Assembly (NCBI GenBank): GCA_012729955.1 | Contig: JAAYBX010000025.1 | Location: 45,168-109,167, forward strand | Length of the DNA: 64,000 nucleotides | Direction of reading: 5' to 3' | Origin: Clostridiaceae bacterium | Lineage (GTDB): Bacteria; Bacillota; Clostridia; DUPQ01 | Part shown: positions 32,253-42,796 of the stretch, piece after piece | Layout: each line of letters opens with the position of its first letter | Position numbering within the stretch: the first letter of the stretch is position 1 | The notes under the pieces: generated by a model | Databases searched by the model: none | The model's input: the letters and a program-made list of their open reading frames with translations, nothing else | What the model was told of the DNA's origin: nothing | Program-made: the position numbers and the translations under genes

Positions 32253-33578
32253 ATGGCTGAAAAAATTAAAAGGATGCCCCCACATAGCGAAGAAGCCGAA
32301 CAATATGTTTTGGGATGCCTGCTGCTGGACAGCTCGGCATTTGAACCCGTTCAGAAGAAAATCGATTCTTCTATGTTCTATACCCTGGCGAATCAGAATA
32401 TATATACTGCATTACAGACAGTTTTTATGGGTGGTATACCGGTGGATATAATCTCTGTATCCGAGCAGATGAAAAAAGACAATACATTTTCCGATTCAGG
32501 AGGGATGGAGTATCTCAACAAACTTGCATCACAGATCGTATCAGCTTCATCTGCTGAATATTATGCATCTATAATTTTTGACAAATATATATTAAGATCA
32601 CTTATAAGTCTCAGCGGGGAAGTGTTTGAAGAAGGGTACAGCGATTCAAAGGAAGCAAAGGAACTTTTAGAATATGCCCAACAAAAGCTTTTTGATCTTT
32701 CCGAACAGGCAGATACTGAAGGTGTAAAGAAAATAAGCGACCTTATTGTCCACAGGCTGAACTATTTTCGTGAGCTTAGCAAAACAAAGAAAATGCCTTT
32801 GCGTATAGAAACAGGATTTACTGATCTTGATAAGCTGATACTCGGATTCCAGCCCGGAGATTTTATCCTTATTGCTGCAAGGCCTTCCGTCGGAAAGTCC
32901 ACACTTGCAATGAATATGGCTCAGAATATGGCAATAAGAAAGGGAAAGAATGTTCTTTTTTTAAGTCTTGAAATGTCCAATGAGCAATTAACAGATAGGA
33001 TAATAGCTTCAGAAGCAAGAGTTTCAAATTCAAAACTACAACGTGGAGAAGCTGACCAGAATGAATGGGCTAAAGTTACTGCAACAGCAGGTGTTATACA
33101 TGAATCCAAAATTTTTCTTGATGATACCTCATCAATAACGGTAGCAGATATAAGATCTAAATGCAGAAGATTCAAGAGTGCTGAAAATCTTGATATAATT
33201 TTTATTGATTATCTGCAGCTAATAGGAAGTGCAGTAAAGAAAGAGAACCGGCAGCAGGAAGTCACGGAAATCTCAAGGCAGTTAAAGATACTGGCAAAAG
33301 ACATGAAGATACCTGTAGTTGCACTGTCACAGCTTTCCAGGGCATCTGAACAGAGATCAGACCATGTTCCACAGTTGAGCGATCTTCGTGAGTCAGGAGC
33401 TATTGAGCAGGATGCTGATATTGTCATGTTCCTATACAGGCCTTCACAATTCGACAAAGCTGCCAGCACTCATCTTGTTGATCTGGTTGTGGCAAAAAAC
33501 AGGAATGGTTCAATTGGGAAAGTTAAGCTTGTATGGCAGGATCAAATTGTTAAATTTGACAGCTATAAGCAAGAGTGA
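32253..33578 (+). CDS. dnaB: Replicative DNA helicase (DnaB family)
   Basis: 441 aa. Walker A ARPSVGKST, RecA-like C-domain. Confidence 0.95.
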   Translation: MAEKIKRMPPHSEEAEQYVLGCLLLDSSAFEPVQKKIDSSMFYTLANQNIYTALQTVFMGGIPVDIISVSEQMKKDNTFSDSGGMEYLNKLASQIVSASSAEYYASIIFDKYILRSLISLSGEVFEEGYSDSKEAKELLEYAQQKLFDLSEQADTEGVKKISDLIVHRLNYFRELSKTKKMPLRIETGFTDLDKLILGFQPGDFILIAARPSVGKSTLAMNMAQNMAIRKGKNVLFLSLEMSNEQLTDRIIASEARVSNSKLQRGEADQNEWAKVTATAGVIHESKIFLDDTSSITVADIRSKCRRFKSAENLDIIFIDYLQLIGSAVKKENRQQEVTEISRQLKILAKDMKIPVVALSQLSRASEQRSDHVPQLSDLRESGAIEQDADIVMFLYRPSQFDKAASTHLVDLVVAKNRNGSIGKVKLVWQDQIVKFDSYKQE

Positions 33579-34936
33579 TGATTAAGCTTGATTTAGATGA
33601 TAATTTAATTAAGGATAAAAACTGGTATGCGGCTTTTTCCGGAGGCCCGGATTCCGGATGTCTTCTGTATCTATTGATAAAGAAAAAAGAACAGATTGAA
33701 AAAGAGTATAAAGTAGAAATTAATCTTTCAGCCATTCATGTAAATCATAATCTGAGACAATCCGAAAGCATTAGAGATGAAAATTTCTGCAGACAGTTCT
33801 GTGAGAAATATAATGTCAAATTTCTGCTTTTCAATGTAAATGTCAGTGATTATGCGCAATCAGAGAAATTAACCATAGAGCAGGCTGCCAGAATCCTAAG
33901 ATATGAGATATTTGAAAGATATTCTGACGGATGTGTATTTCTTGGACATAATAAAGATGATAATGCCGAAACAATTTTCATGAATATTTTAAGAGGGAGT
34001 GGGATTCAAGGCTTATGCGGTATAGAAAAAGTTTCAAATCATTATTACAGGCCTCTTCTTGATTACACGAAAAAGCAGATAATTGAATTTAATCATAAAA
34101 ACGGTATTGAATATATAATCGACAGTTCCAATAATTCCAATTACTACATGCGTAATTTTGTAAGAAATGAATTATTCCCGTCAATTAACGAAAAAACCGG
34201 AAAGGATGTTTCCAGTAATTTAGTTTCTTTAGCCAGTCTTGCAAAACAAGCACAAACCTATATCGATAAACAGATTGAGATGGAATTTAAAAAAAGAGTA
34301 ACACTGGAAGAAGATTCCGCTCTGATTGATATTTTGGATTTTATTACTTTGGATGAAATTATATCAAGCGGATTGCTGAGAAAAGCAATACAGCATGTCA
34401 AGAAAATATTAAAGGATGTTGAGAAGAAACACATAGAAATTATTATTAATTTAATTAACAACAGCCAGAGCGGATCGGTTCTTGAGTTGAAAGACGGGAT
34501 CAGAGTACTGCGCCTGCAAAACGATAGAGTCAGAATTTATAAACAAGCAGATAAGGATAATAATTTTTGCGAAAACATAAACATGGAAGGCGACACACAT
34601 ATTGATAGCAGAGGAATTACTGTTCAATCGGAAATCAGTATTTTTGAAGGAGGAGCTGAATATTCAAAAAGATGGGTTATGCTTGATTATGAGGCTGTAA
34701 GGGAAGGCCTTGTTATAAGAAACAGGCGGGTACAGGATTTTATATATCCATCAAAAGGTAATGGTAAAAAATCATTAAAAAAGTATTTTATTGACAATAA
34801 AATAGACAGCGATTTAAGAGATAAACTATTTATTCTTGCGATTGAAAATGAGATAGTGTATATTGAGAACAAGGAAATCGGAAAAAGATTCCGCCCTAAA
34901 AAAGGGAATAAGGCATTAAGATTGGAGTTTATATAA
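33575..34936 (+). CDS. tilS: tRNA(Ile)-lysidine synthetase
   Basis: PP-loop SGGPDS motif. 453 aa. Confidence 0.9.
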   Translation: MMIKLDLDDNLIKDKNWYAAFSGGPDSGCLLYLLIKKKEQIEKEYKVEINLSAIHVNHNLRQSESIRDENFCRQFCEKYNVKFLLFNVNVSDYAQSEKLTIEQAARILRYEIFERYSDGCVFLGHNKDDNAETIFMNILRGSGIQGLCGIEKVSNHYYRPLLDYTKKQIIEFNHKNGIEYIIDSSNNSNYYMRNFVRNELFPSINEKTGKDVSSNLVSLASLAKQAQTYIDKQIEMEFKKRVTLEEDSALIDILDFITLDEIISSGLLRKAIQHVKKILKDVEKKHIEIIINLINNSQSGSVLELKDGIRVLRLQNDRVRIYKQADKDNNFCENINMEGDTHIDSRGITVQSEISIFEGGAEYSKRWVMLDYEAVREGLVIRNRRVQDFIYPSKGNGKKSLKKYFIDNKIDSDLRDKLFILAIENEIVYIENKEIGKRFRPKKGNKALRLEFI

Positions 34937-34937
34937 T

Positions 34938-35483
34938 ATGAGCGGACTATATGATGATGTTAGCGAGATAATGATAACAAGAGAAAGGCTTGATGAAATT
35001 TGTACAGAATTAGGCAGAAAGATATCCGAAGACTATAAAGGCAAAAAACTGATTCTAGTAGGAATAATGAAAGGCGGTTTAATATTTCTTTCCGACCTTT
35101 TAAGGAAGATAACTATTCCTGTGGAATTTGGTACAATAACTGCTTCAAGTTACGGGCAGGGCACATCATCCAGCGGACAGGTCAAAATTCTTCAGGATCT
35201 TGATATGGAAATAAAAGATAAAGATGTAATCATTGTTGAAGACCTTATTGACACCGGTCATACATTAAGATACTTAAAAGAGTTCTTTGCCTTAAGAGGT
35301 CCGAACAGTGTTAAGATATGCTGTATGCTGGACAAACCGTCAAGACGGGAGAAACAGGTTCAAGTTGATTATATCGGTAAGGAAATCCCTGATAAGTTCG
35401 TAGTTGGCTATGGCATGGATTTCAATGAAAAATATAGAAATCTTGCTGATGTATGCGTCCTGAAAGAAGAGCTTTATAAGTAG
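34938..35483 (+). CDS. hpt: Hypoxanthine phosphoribosyltransferase
   Basis: 181 aa. PRPP motif VIIVEDLIDTGHT. Confidence 0.92.
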   Translation: MSGLYDDVSEIMITRERLDEICTELGRKISEDYKGKKLILVGIMKGGLIFLSDLLRKITIPVEFGTITASSYGQGTSSSGQVKILQDLDMEIKDKDVIIVEDLIDTGHTLRYLKEFFALRGPNSVKICCMLDKPSRREKQVQVDYIGKEIPDKFVVGYGMDFNEKYRNLADVCVLKEELYK

Positions 35484-35510
35484 CATAAATGAAGTTTATG
35501 TGAACTTTGT

Positions 35511-35539
35511 TGCATTACGTATGTTCGTATGCTAATATG
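35511..35539 (+). promoter_or_regulatory. Sigma-A promoter for ftsH
   Basis: TTGCAT - 17 nt - TAATAT. Confidence 0.5.
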
Positions 35540-35565
35540 TTTTATCAGGTATAAGGAGATGACTT

Positions 35566-37401
35566 TTGAAAAAATACAAAAATATTAGCTTCTATGTAAT
35601 AACATTTATAATACTGGTGATACTGATTTCACTTTTTACCAATCAGGATTCTGTAAAAGAGCTGGGATATTCAGAGTTTTTAAACCAGCTTGAAAAACAG
35701 AATGTATCTGAAGTTGTTATTCGTACAACAACTCTTTCAGTAACACTAAAAGAACCCATAAAAGATGGGAATAAAGAATTTTATGTCAATGTAGAGAATC
35801 TCGACAAGATTGAAGATATATTGAATCAAGCAAGGCTTACAGATCCGGATCTTTCCTATACATGGAAACCTGAAACGACATCCTGGTGGTTATCTTTACT
35901 TCCTTCGTTTATAATACTTGCTGTCGTTATAATCGTATTTTTTGTTTTTATGAACAAACAAGCCGGAGCAAATAATTCTGCTATGTCTTTTGGTAAAAGC
36001 AGGGCAAGAGAATATAGTGATAAAGACAGAAGAGTGACATTTTTAGATGTTGCAGGTGCTGATGAAGAAAAAGCTGAGCTTGAAGAAGTAGTAGATTTTT
36101 TGAAACAGCCGGAAAAGTACAAAAAATTAGGAGCAAGAATACCAAAAGGTATGCTTATAGTAGGACCTCCAGGTACTGGGAAGACCTTGCTGGCACGTGC
36201 TGTTGCCGGTGAAGCGGGAGTGCCATTCTTCAGTATAAGCGGATCGGATTTTGTAGAAATGTTTGTAGGTGTTGGCGCATCTAGAGTAAGGGATTTGTTT
36301 ACTCAGGCAAAAGCAAAAGCACCCTGTATTATATTTATTGATGAAATCGATGCAGTCGGACGCCACAGAGGTGCAGGTCTGGGAGGCGGCAATGATGAAA
36401 GGGAACAGACACTTAACCAGTTACTTGTTGAAATGGATGGCTTTACAATAGATCAAGGTATCATAATACTTGCCGCTACAAACAGACCTGATATACTTGA
36501 TCCTGCACTTTTACGTCCAGGAAGGTTTGACAGGCGAGTATATGTTAACTATCCTGATGCAAAAGGAAGATATGAGATTTTATTAGTACATACACGCAAT
36601 AAAAAACTTGACACTGATGTCGATTTACATGAGATATCAAAGATAACTCCCATGTTTACAGGTGCAGATATTGAGAACCTTATGAACGAAGCAGCAATAC
36701 TTGCAGCAAAGAGAAATAAAGAAAAGATATCTATGGCGGAAATAAGGGAATCTATTTATAAAGTCGCTATGGGTCCGGAAAAGAAAAGTAAAATTATTTC
36801 TGAAAGTGAAAGAAAACTTACAGCTTATCACGAATCAGGGCATGCGATTGCAATGAGAAATGTTTCATCCACTTCCAAGGTACAGAGGGTGTCTATAATA
36901 CCTGTAGGGCAAGCTGGAGGGTATACCATGCCGATGGCAAATGAAGATAAATATTTCTATACAAAACAGCAATTGCAGGAAGAAATAATCACTTTGCTTG
37001 GAGGCAGAGCAGCAGAACAGTTATCTATAGGTGAAATCAGTACTGGAGCTTCAAATGATTTGCAAAGAGCAAATAAGATAGCAAGAAATATGATAGTAAA
37101 ATACGGTATGAGCGACAGTCTGGCTAATATTGTGTTTCAGGAAGATGATGAAGTGTTTATAGGAAAGGATTACTCGAAAGTAAAAGGTTATTCAGAGGAC
37201 ATAGCAAACAAGATAGACATGGAAACAAAACGGATAATTGATGATTGTTATGAGAAAGTCAAACAAATTTTATCCGATAAGAAGGATATTTTAGAGATAT
37301 TGGCTCGTTCTCTTCTTAAAAATGAAAAGGTTGAAGCAGATGAGTTTGAAAGGATATATAATGGAGAAAATCCTTTCGAAGTAGAAGCTCTGATAGCTTG
37401 A
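35566..37401 (+). CDS. ftsH: ATP-dependent zinc metalloprotease FtsH
   Basis: TTG start after AAGGAG. AAA+ Walker [17 protein letters not shown] (HESGH) Zn site. Confidence 0.95.
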   Translation: MKKYKNISFYVITFIILVILISLFTNQDSVKELGYSEFLNQLEKQNVSEVVIRTTTLSVTLKEPIKDGNKEFYVNVENLDKIEDILNQARLTDPDLSYTWKPETTSWWLSLLPSFIILAVVIIVFFVFMNKQAGANNSAMSFGKSRAREYSDKDRRVTFLDVAGADEEKAELEEVVDFLKQPEKYKKLGARIPKGMLIVGPPGTGKTLLARAVAGEAGVPFFSISGSDFVEMFVGVGASRVRDLFTQAKAKAPCIIFIDEIDAVGRHRGAGLGGGNDEREQTLNQLLVEMDGFTIDQGIIILAATNRPDILDPALLRPGRFDRRVYVNYPDAKGRYEILLVHTRNKKLDTDVDLHEISKITPMFTGADIENLMNEAAILAAKRNKEKISMAEIRESIYKVAMGPEKKSKIISESERKLTAYHESGHAIAMRNVSSTSKVQRVSIIPVGQAGGYTMPMANEDKYFYTKQQLQEEIITLLGGRAAEQLSIGEISTGASNDLQRANKIARNMIVKYGMSDSLANIVFQEDDEVFIGKDYSKVKGYSEDIANKIDMETKRIIDDCYEKVKQILSDKKDILEILARSLLKNEKVEADEFERIYNGENPFEVEALIA

Positions 37402-37419
37402 GTTTGTAACAAACAGAAT

Positions 37420-37548
37420 ATTGGAACTTATCAAGAGTGGCTGAGAGACTGGCTCAATGACGCCCGGCAACCTGCAATGTAAAGGTGCTAATTCCAAACA
37501 GATGAGGTAATAACAGGTCTCATCAAGAGGCCTTTTTTATAGCAAAGG
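37420..37548 (+). promoter_or_regulatory. SAM-I (S-box) riboswitch with intrinsic terminator
   Basis: CTTATCAAGAG...GGCTCAATGA...CCCGGCAACC...GGTGCTAATTCC consensus blocks, then GGTCTCATCAAGAGGCC hairpin + T6. Directly upstream of metK. Confidence 0.85.
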
Positions 37549-37557
37549 AGAAATTAT

Positions 37558-38721
37558 ATGAGTTTTAGAAAATTATTTACATCTGAATCAGTAACAGAAG
37601 GACATCCGGACAAACTGTGCGATCAGATTTCTGATGCAATCCTTGACGAGATACTTAGAAAAGACAAACAGGCAAGAGTTGCATGTGAGACAGCAGTAAC
37701 GACAGGATTAATTCATGTGATGGGCGAGATAACTACAGACTGTTATGTGGACATTTCAAAAATTGCAAGAGAGACAGCTCTGTCAGTAGGATACACTAGA
37801 GCAAAATTCGGTTTTGATGGAGAAACTTGCGGGGTCATCACCTCTATTAATGAGCAGTCACCTGACATTGCTATGGGTGTGAACAGTTCATATGACATAA
37901 TTGGAGAACAAGGTGCAGGGGATCAGGGAATGATGTTCGGATTTGCATGTGATGAAACAGCAGAACTTATGCCTTATCCCATACAGACAGCCCACAATTT
38001 ATGCAAAAAGCTTTCAAAAGTCAGAAAGGAGAGTAATCATAAATATCTCAGACCAGACGGAAAAAGTCAGGTTACTGTAGAATATGAAGGATATATTCCC
38101 AAAAGAATTGATACTATTGTATTATCATCTCAGCACAGTGATGAAATATCCATTGAAGAATTGAGAGAATACTTGACAAAAGAGGTTATCATGCCAGCAG
38201 TCGATAAAGATATGATAGACAGTAAAACCAAGATTTACATTAATCCGACTGGGAGATTTGTTATCGGAGGGCCTATGGGTGATTCCGGATTAACTGGCCG
38301 AAAGATAATTGTTGATACATATGGAGGTATGGGGCGTCATGGAGGAGGTGCTTTCTCAGGTAAAGATCCTTCAAAAGTGGATCGCTCTGCAGCATATGCT
38401 GCAAGGTATGCAGCGAAAAATGTTGTTGCAAGCGGTATAGCGAAAAGATGCGAAATCCAGATAGCATATGCAATAGGTATGGCACGGCCAGTCTCTGTTG
38501 TGGTGGATACATTCGGAACTGCTTTAATTGATGATGAGCTTATAGCAAAAGCGGTGATGCAGGTATTCGATCTTCGACCACATTCAATTATAGAATCGCT
38601 TGATCTTAAGAATCCTATTTACAAGCAGACAGCAGCATATGGGCACTTTGGAAGATCTGATTTGAATCTGCCCTGGGAGAAGACTGACAAAGCGGAAATT
38701 TTGAGGGACATGCTTAAATAA
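37558..38721 (+). CDS. metK: S-adenosylmethionine synthetase
   Basis: 387 aa. [19 protein letters not shown]; GGGAFSGKD. Confidence 0.95.
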   Translation: MSFRKLFTSESVTEGHPDKLCDQISDAILDEILRKDKQARVACETAVTTGLIHVMGEITTDCYVDISKIARETALSVGYTRAKFGFDGETCGVITSINEQSPDIAMGVNSSYDIIGEQGAGDQGMMFGFACDETAELMPYPIQTAHNLCKKLSKVRKESNHKYLRPDGKSQVTVEYEGYIPKRIDTIVLSSQHSDEISIEELREYLTKEVIMPAVDKDMIDSKTKIYINPTGRFVIGGPMGDSGLTGRKIIVDTYGGMGRHGGGAFSGKDPSKVDRSAAYAARYAAKNVVASGIAKRCEIQIAYAIGMARPVSVVVDTFGTALIDDELIAKAVMQVFDLRPHSIIESLDLKNPIYKQTAAYGHFGRSDLNLPWEKTDKAEILRDMLK

Positions 38722-38806
38722 AGTATTCATGTTGAGTTAAAAAAAGTATTATAAAGACTGCCAATGCAGTCTTTACTTATATATAAAAATAACATATAAT
38801 GTCAAT

Positions 38807-39379
38807 ATGGATGCTATTATTCAATACATATTTCCAAATGAGAAATATGAGGATATTGAAAACCTTATTTTTAAGCCATATATAAAGGATAATCATATTT
38901 ACTTTACTGAGTATAATGACGTAATATATTCAGTAATCAAATACGCTAAATATACGAAGCATCCTGCTTCATTTGTTCAAATAGGCCGAAAAATTGGAGA
39001 AATTGTAAAAGAAATTGGATTACAGGCTGATTTAATAATTTATGTCCCGATGTATATTACTGATCAGAAGAGACGCGGTTTTAATCAATCAATGATATTA
39101 GCCGAACAAATATCCAGATATACAGACATAGAAATATGCCATAAAGCATTAAAAAAAGTAAAGAAGACAAGAAATCAGGCGTCACTGAATGCACCAATGA
39201 GATCAGTTAATCTTCATAATGCATTCATTGCTGATGACAGATACACAACAGGAAGGAGGATAATTCTTGTTGATGATATATATACGACTGGTACTACCCT
39301 GAACGAATGTAAAAAAGTCCTAATGGAAAGTATGGCTGATTCTGTAATTTATATCACTGTAACAAAAAAAAATATATAA
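38807..39379 (+). CDS. ComF-family phosphoribosyltransferase-fold protein (ComFC-like, no N-terminal zinc finger)
   Basis: PRTase motif RRIILVDDIYTTGTTLNE. 190 aa, shorter than canonical ComFC. Confidence 0.65.
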   Translation: MDAIIQYIFPNEKYEDIENLIFKPYIKDNHIYFTEYNDVIYSVIKYAKYTKHPASFVQIGRKIGEIVKEIGLQADLIIYVPMYITDQKRRGFNQSMILAEQISRYTDIEICHKALKKVKKTRNQASLNAPMRSVNLHNAFIADDRYTTGRRIILVDDIYTTGTTLNECKKVLMESMADSVIYITVTKKNI

Positions 39380-39386
39380 TTGTATA

Positions 39387-39414
39387 TTGACAATAAATGT
39401 AAATATAATATTAT
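39387..39414 (+). promoter_or_regulatory. Sigma-A promoter for the Tad locus
   Basis: TTGACA - 16 nt - TATTAT, then strong RBS AAGGAGG before the 39436 ATG. Confidence 0.5.
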
Positions 39415-39435
39415 GTATCTACACAAGGAGGAATA

Positions 39436-40806
39436 ATGTTTTTCAGTGAAAGATACAAGATTATACAGCCATTGCTTAAGAATTCAAGAGAAGCAAAATA
39501 TCTTGTGTTTGATGAAATAGATAAGTGCAAAAAGGTAATAAGCGAAAAAAGCAGCAAATCCGAAATGGAATCTGATATTGAACAGTTATCAAAGATTGAG
39601 CACATAGGAATACCTAGAATTACCGATTATTTTAAATTTAATGATTGTTGCTGTATAGTACATGAGTATATTGAAGGTGAAACATTAAAAGAATACATAG
39701 ATAAAAAGGGAGTTATGGATTTATATGAAGCATTAGATATATTTGTAAAGCTTCTTCACACTGTTAAGTTTCTCCATGATATAAAACCTGTCGGTATAAT
39801 TCATGGCAATATACATCATGATAATGTTATTCTGATTGAAGATGATGTCTATTTAACAGATTATGGCATCAAGGATGAAAACAAGAATCCATATCAAGCA
39901 CCTGAATCAATATTGGGAGTGAAGAAAAGCAAACAGCAGGATATATACTCATTGGGAATGCTTTTTAACTATATGATTACGGGAAGTTACAAAAAGCCTG
40001 GATATTCAGAAAAAAACGTAAACATCACAGATTCACTGATTATCAGAAGCACTAGTGCTAATTTTAATAATCGCTTTGAAGATACCGGCATAATGATTAC
40101 TGAGTGTGAAAGACTGATAAGGAATTTGTCATGTAATTCATCAAAACCAAATTCAAAAATAATCGCCATAAATGGCAGTCATGAAGCAGTTTTTGAATTC
40201 GCAAAATACTATAGTAAAGCTTCATCAGATAATACCTTAATTATTGATGCTGATATTCTGCATCCTTCTTTCGAATCCGATAATTATATTCTGAATGAAG
40301 ATATACAAAGCATGATGGATAAAGTTGATAAAGGAGAAGATATAGAAATATCATTTAAAAAAGCTAAAGCTTGTTCTAGGGTATACATAATACCTAGCAT
40401 TATCCGGATAGAAGGATATGAAAATATTACATTTGCTTCATTCTATAATCTTCTAATCAGATTAACTGAGGATTTTAACTTGATATTCATAAAATGTTCA
40501 GATTTCATCTATGATTCACTGGCAATAAATACATACATTATTTCTGATCAGATAATCCATATCATGTCTGATCCTTTAGCTGATATTAAGCTGTTTAATA
40601 AAATTAGCGAATATCTTTGTTCCAGACATGACATTGATAATCAAAGATTCAATGCATTTATTTATAAGGAGAAAACAAAAAATATCATAGCTGCTGGGAT
40701 AAAAGAAAATCTTTTAGGTGAATACCTAGGCTCAGCAAACAGTCAGAGCAGACTGTATGCAAAAGATTTAATGAATATAGCAAATAAGATAAGGAGGAAA
40801 CTGTAA
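39436..40806 (+). CDS. Fusion protein: N-terminal Hanks-type Ser/Thr (pseudo)kinase domain + C-terminal degenerate ParA/MinD-like TadZ/CpaE domain
   Basis: Kinase subdomains are visible: hinge IVHEYIEGETL, catalytic loop HGNIHHDNVIL (HRD->HGN), DYG, APE, DIYSLGMLFNYMITG. There is no Gly-rich loop. The C-terminal half, KIIAINGSHEAVFEF...LIIDADILHPSF, aligns to a ParA deviant-Walker-A region but lacks GKT. Confidence 0.65.
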   Translation: MFFSERYKIIQPLLKNSREAKYLVFDEIDKCKKVISEKSSKSEMESDIEQLSKIEHIGIPRITDYFKFNDCCCIVHEYIEGETLKEYIDKKGVMDLYEALDIFVKLLHTVKFLHDIKPVGIIHGNIHHDNVILIEDDVYLTDYGIKDENKNPYQAPESILGVKKSKQQDIYSLGMLFNYMITGSYKKPGYSEKNVNITDSLIIRSTSANFNNRFEDTGIMITECERLIRNLSCNSSKPNSKIIAINGSHEAVFEFAKYYSKASSDNTLIIDADILHPSFESDNYILNEDIQSMMDKVDKGEDIEISFKKAKACSRVYIIPSIIRIEGYENITFASFYNLLIRLTEDFNLIFIKCSDFIYDSLAINTYIISDQIIHIMSDPLADIKLFNKISEYLCSRHDIDNQRFNAFIYKEKTKNIIAAGIKENLLGEYLGSANSQSRLYAKDLMNIANKIRRKL

Positions 40807-40807
40807 T

Positions 40808-42001
40808 ATGGCTGTACTTAAAAGCTTATCATCTTTAAATGATGAATTCGACAATAACAGATATGCAAAGGGCAGTTACCCTTTATCAAAAGTTGTTACT
40901 GATGTTACAAAAGAAATATTGAGTGTTTCACCTGAACTTGTAGTTAATGCATATTATGATAACAAGCAAAGAAGCTTTTTAGAGAACAGGATTTTAAACA
41001 TATTAGATAAACAGCAGTATTTTGCTATCGGGTCTAAAAGAAAAATGATAAAGAGCGTATTTGATTTTATGTTCGGATACGGGCAGCTTCAGGAATATAT
41101 AGAAGATGATGATATCACAGATATTGACGGAGTACGCTTTGATTGTTTTTCCATTACAAAAAACGGAGTTAGGATGCCTGCTGATATTAATTTTAACACT
41201 GAGACAGATTTATATGTTTATTGTAAATTAGTTGCTTTAAGAAATGGGGGCATACTTAACGAAAATGACAGTCATTGCAGGGTAGCTGATATACAGAACA
41301 AACTGCGTATTAACATATCTATATATCCAAGAAATATATCCGGTCCTGCAATTTCCATCCGAAAACATAGAAAATCCGCATACACATTGAAAAATCTGAA
41401 TGAGCTTGGGATGTTGGATAATATAAGTACAGATATATTAAAAAAGACTTTATCAACGCGTCATACCATAATACTGTGCGGAAAAGGCGGTTCTGGAAAA
41501 ACAACTTTACTTAGAGCTTTGATTAATGCGCTTCCTGATATGGAAAGAGTGCTTATAGTCGAATCAGATGCGGAAATTTATCCTGACAAGAAGTATTGTA
41601 TAGAACAGAGAGTGAAAAGAGATAATGAAGGAGGCAATCCAATTACTCTTGATATGCTGATAAAAGACGGTCTGACTATGTCACTTGACACATATTGCAT
41701 TGGTGAGATTGTAGGAAGCGAAGCAATGGCATTTTTAAATGCATGCTGTTCTGGACACAGATTTTTAACTACAATGCATGCTGATAAGCCGCAGGACTGT
41801 GTTAAGAGGCTTATTGCTCTGGCTAAGGGAGCAAAAGGAATTAGTGACGAAAAAATGCTTTTAACCCTGTATGGAGAAGGTGTCGACTGTGTGGTCTTCA
41901 TGCAAAACTTCAAAGTAACCAGAATAATGTATGTTAAGGGAATGGATTCTGCCAATAATGCTGTAGTTTATGAAGATGCATACATAAGGAGCCTAGAATG
42001 A
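40808..42001 (+). CDS. tadA: Tad/Flp pilus assembly ATPase CpaF/TadA (VirB11 superfamily)
   Basis: Walker A ILCGKGGSGKTT. GEIVGSEAMAFLNACCSGHRFLTTMHADKP is diagnostic for CpaF. Confidence 0.9.
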   Translation: MAVLKSLSSLNDEFDNNRYAKGSYPLSKVVTDVTKEILSVSPELVVNAYYDNKQRSFLENRILNILDKQQYFAIGSKRKMIKSVFDFMFGYGQLQEYIEDDDITDIDGVRFDCFSITKNGVRMPADINFNTETDLYVYCKLVALRNGGILNENDSHCRVADIQNKLRINISIYPRNISGPAISIRKHRKSAYTLKNLNELGMLDNISTDILKKTLSTRHTIILCGKGGSGKTTLLRALINALPDMERVLIVESDAEIYPDKKYCIEQRVKRDNEGGNPITLDMLIKDGLTMSLDTYCIGEIVGSEAMAFLNACCSGHRFLTTMHADKPQDCVKRLIALAKGAKGISDEKMLLTLYGEGVDCVVFMQNFKVTRIMYVKGMDSANNAVVYEDAYIRSLE

Positions 42002-42795
42002 TTTATCTGGTTATCAATGTAATATTCTTTACGATTCTTGTTTTCTTCTTGAAAAAGAAGGGTATAAAGTATAATTTCAAATTTATATATAATAACCAGC
42101 TCGGGAAGATTATCATAGTTTTATGTATGGTCATATTTGTAATACTAGGTGTAATAATTAATAAAAATCTCAATAATCCTGTTACCAGTTTCTGTATTTC
42201 ATTAATGCCGGCTTTTATCCCATATCTAGTATATGATCTTATTAAAAGTTCTGTCTTTACAAAGGAGAAGGAAAGCATAACATCCCTGCTTATGGTGCTG
42301 ACTAAATGGAGCGCAGTAAGAAATGATGCCGTATACTGCCTTCAGAAAACGGATGAGACAAAATTATCAAAACCTATTGGCGGATATATCAAGGATATAT
42401 GCATACGGCTTGAAAAAGGGATGAGTGTTTCTGAAGCACTGATAGCTTGTGAAAAGACTGTTTTAAGCGAAGAACTTCGTTATGTATTAATAAATATAAG
42501 ATATGCATATGAAAAAGGCGGAAGTCTTTACAGGATATTCAAAAGCCTGGAAAACCAATTTTTTAAAATCGACGAAGAGAATTTTAAAAGAAGAATTAAT
42601 ACCGCATCGGATAAATATGCTGTATATATTTCAATAATCATGGTTATGGCTACTTTTTACATGGTTGTACTTAATAAAGGGCAGTCAAGCAGATTTTACC
42701 TTAACACAGATACAGGAATGATATTGCTAGGAGTATTTGCAGGCCTTTTCTTTATAGGAATTATGATTATAGCGAAAGTAATCAAGAGGTATTAG
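41998..42795 (+). CDS. tadB: Tad pilus inner-membrane platform protein TadB (T2SSF domain)
   Basis: 265 aa. TM-helical with GspF-like domain. ATGA overlap with tadA. Confidence 0.7.
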   Translation: MIYLVINVIFFTILVFFLKKKGIKYNFKFIYNNQLGKIIIVLCMVIFVILGVIINKNLNNPVTSFCISLMPAFIPYLVYDLIKSSVFTKEKESITSLLMVLTKWSAVRNDAVYCLQKTDETKLSKPIGGYIKDICIRLEKGMSVSEALIACEKTVLSEELRYVLINIRYAYEKGGSLYRIFKSLENQFFKIDEENFKRRINTASDKYAVYISIIMVMATFYMVVLNKGQSSRFYLNTDTGMILLGVFAGLFFIGIMIIAKVIKRY

Positions 42796-42796
42796 A

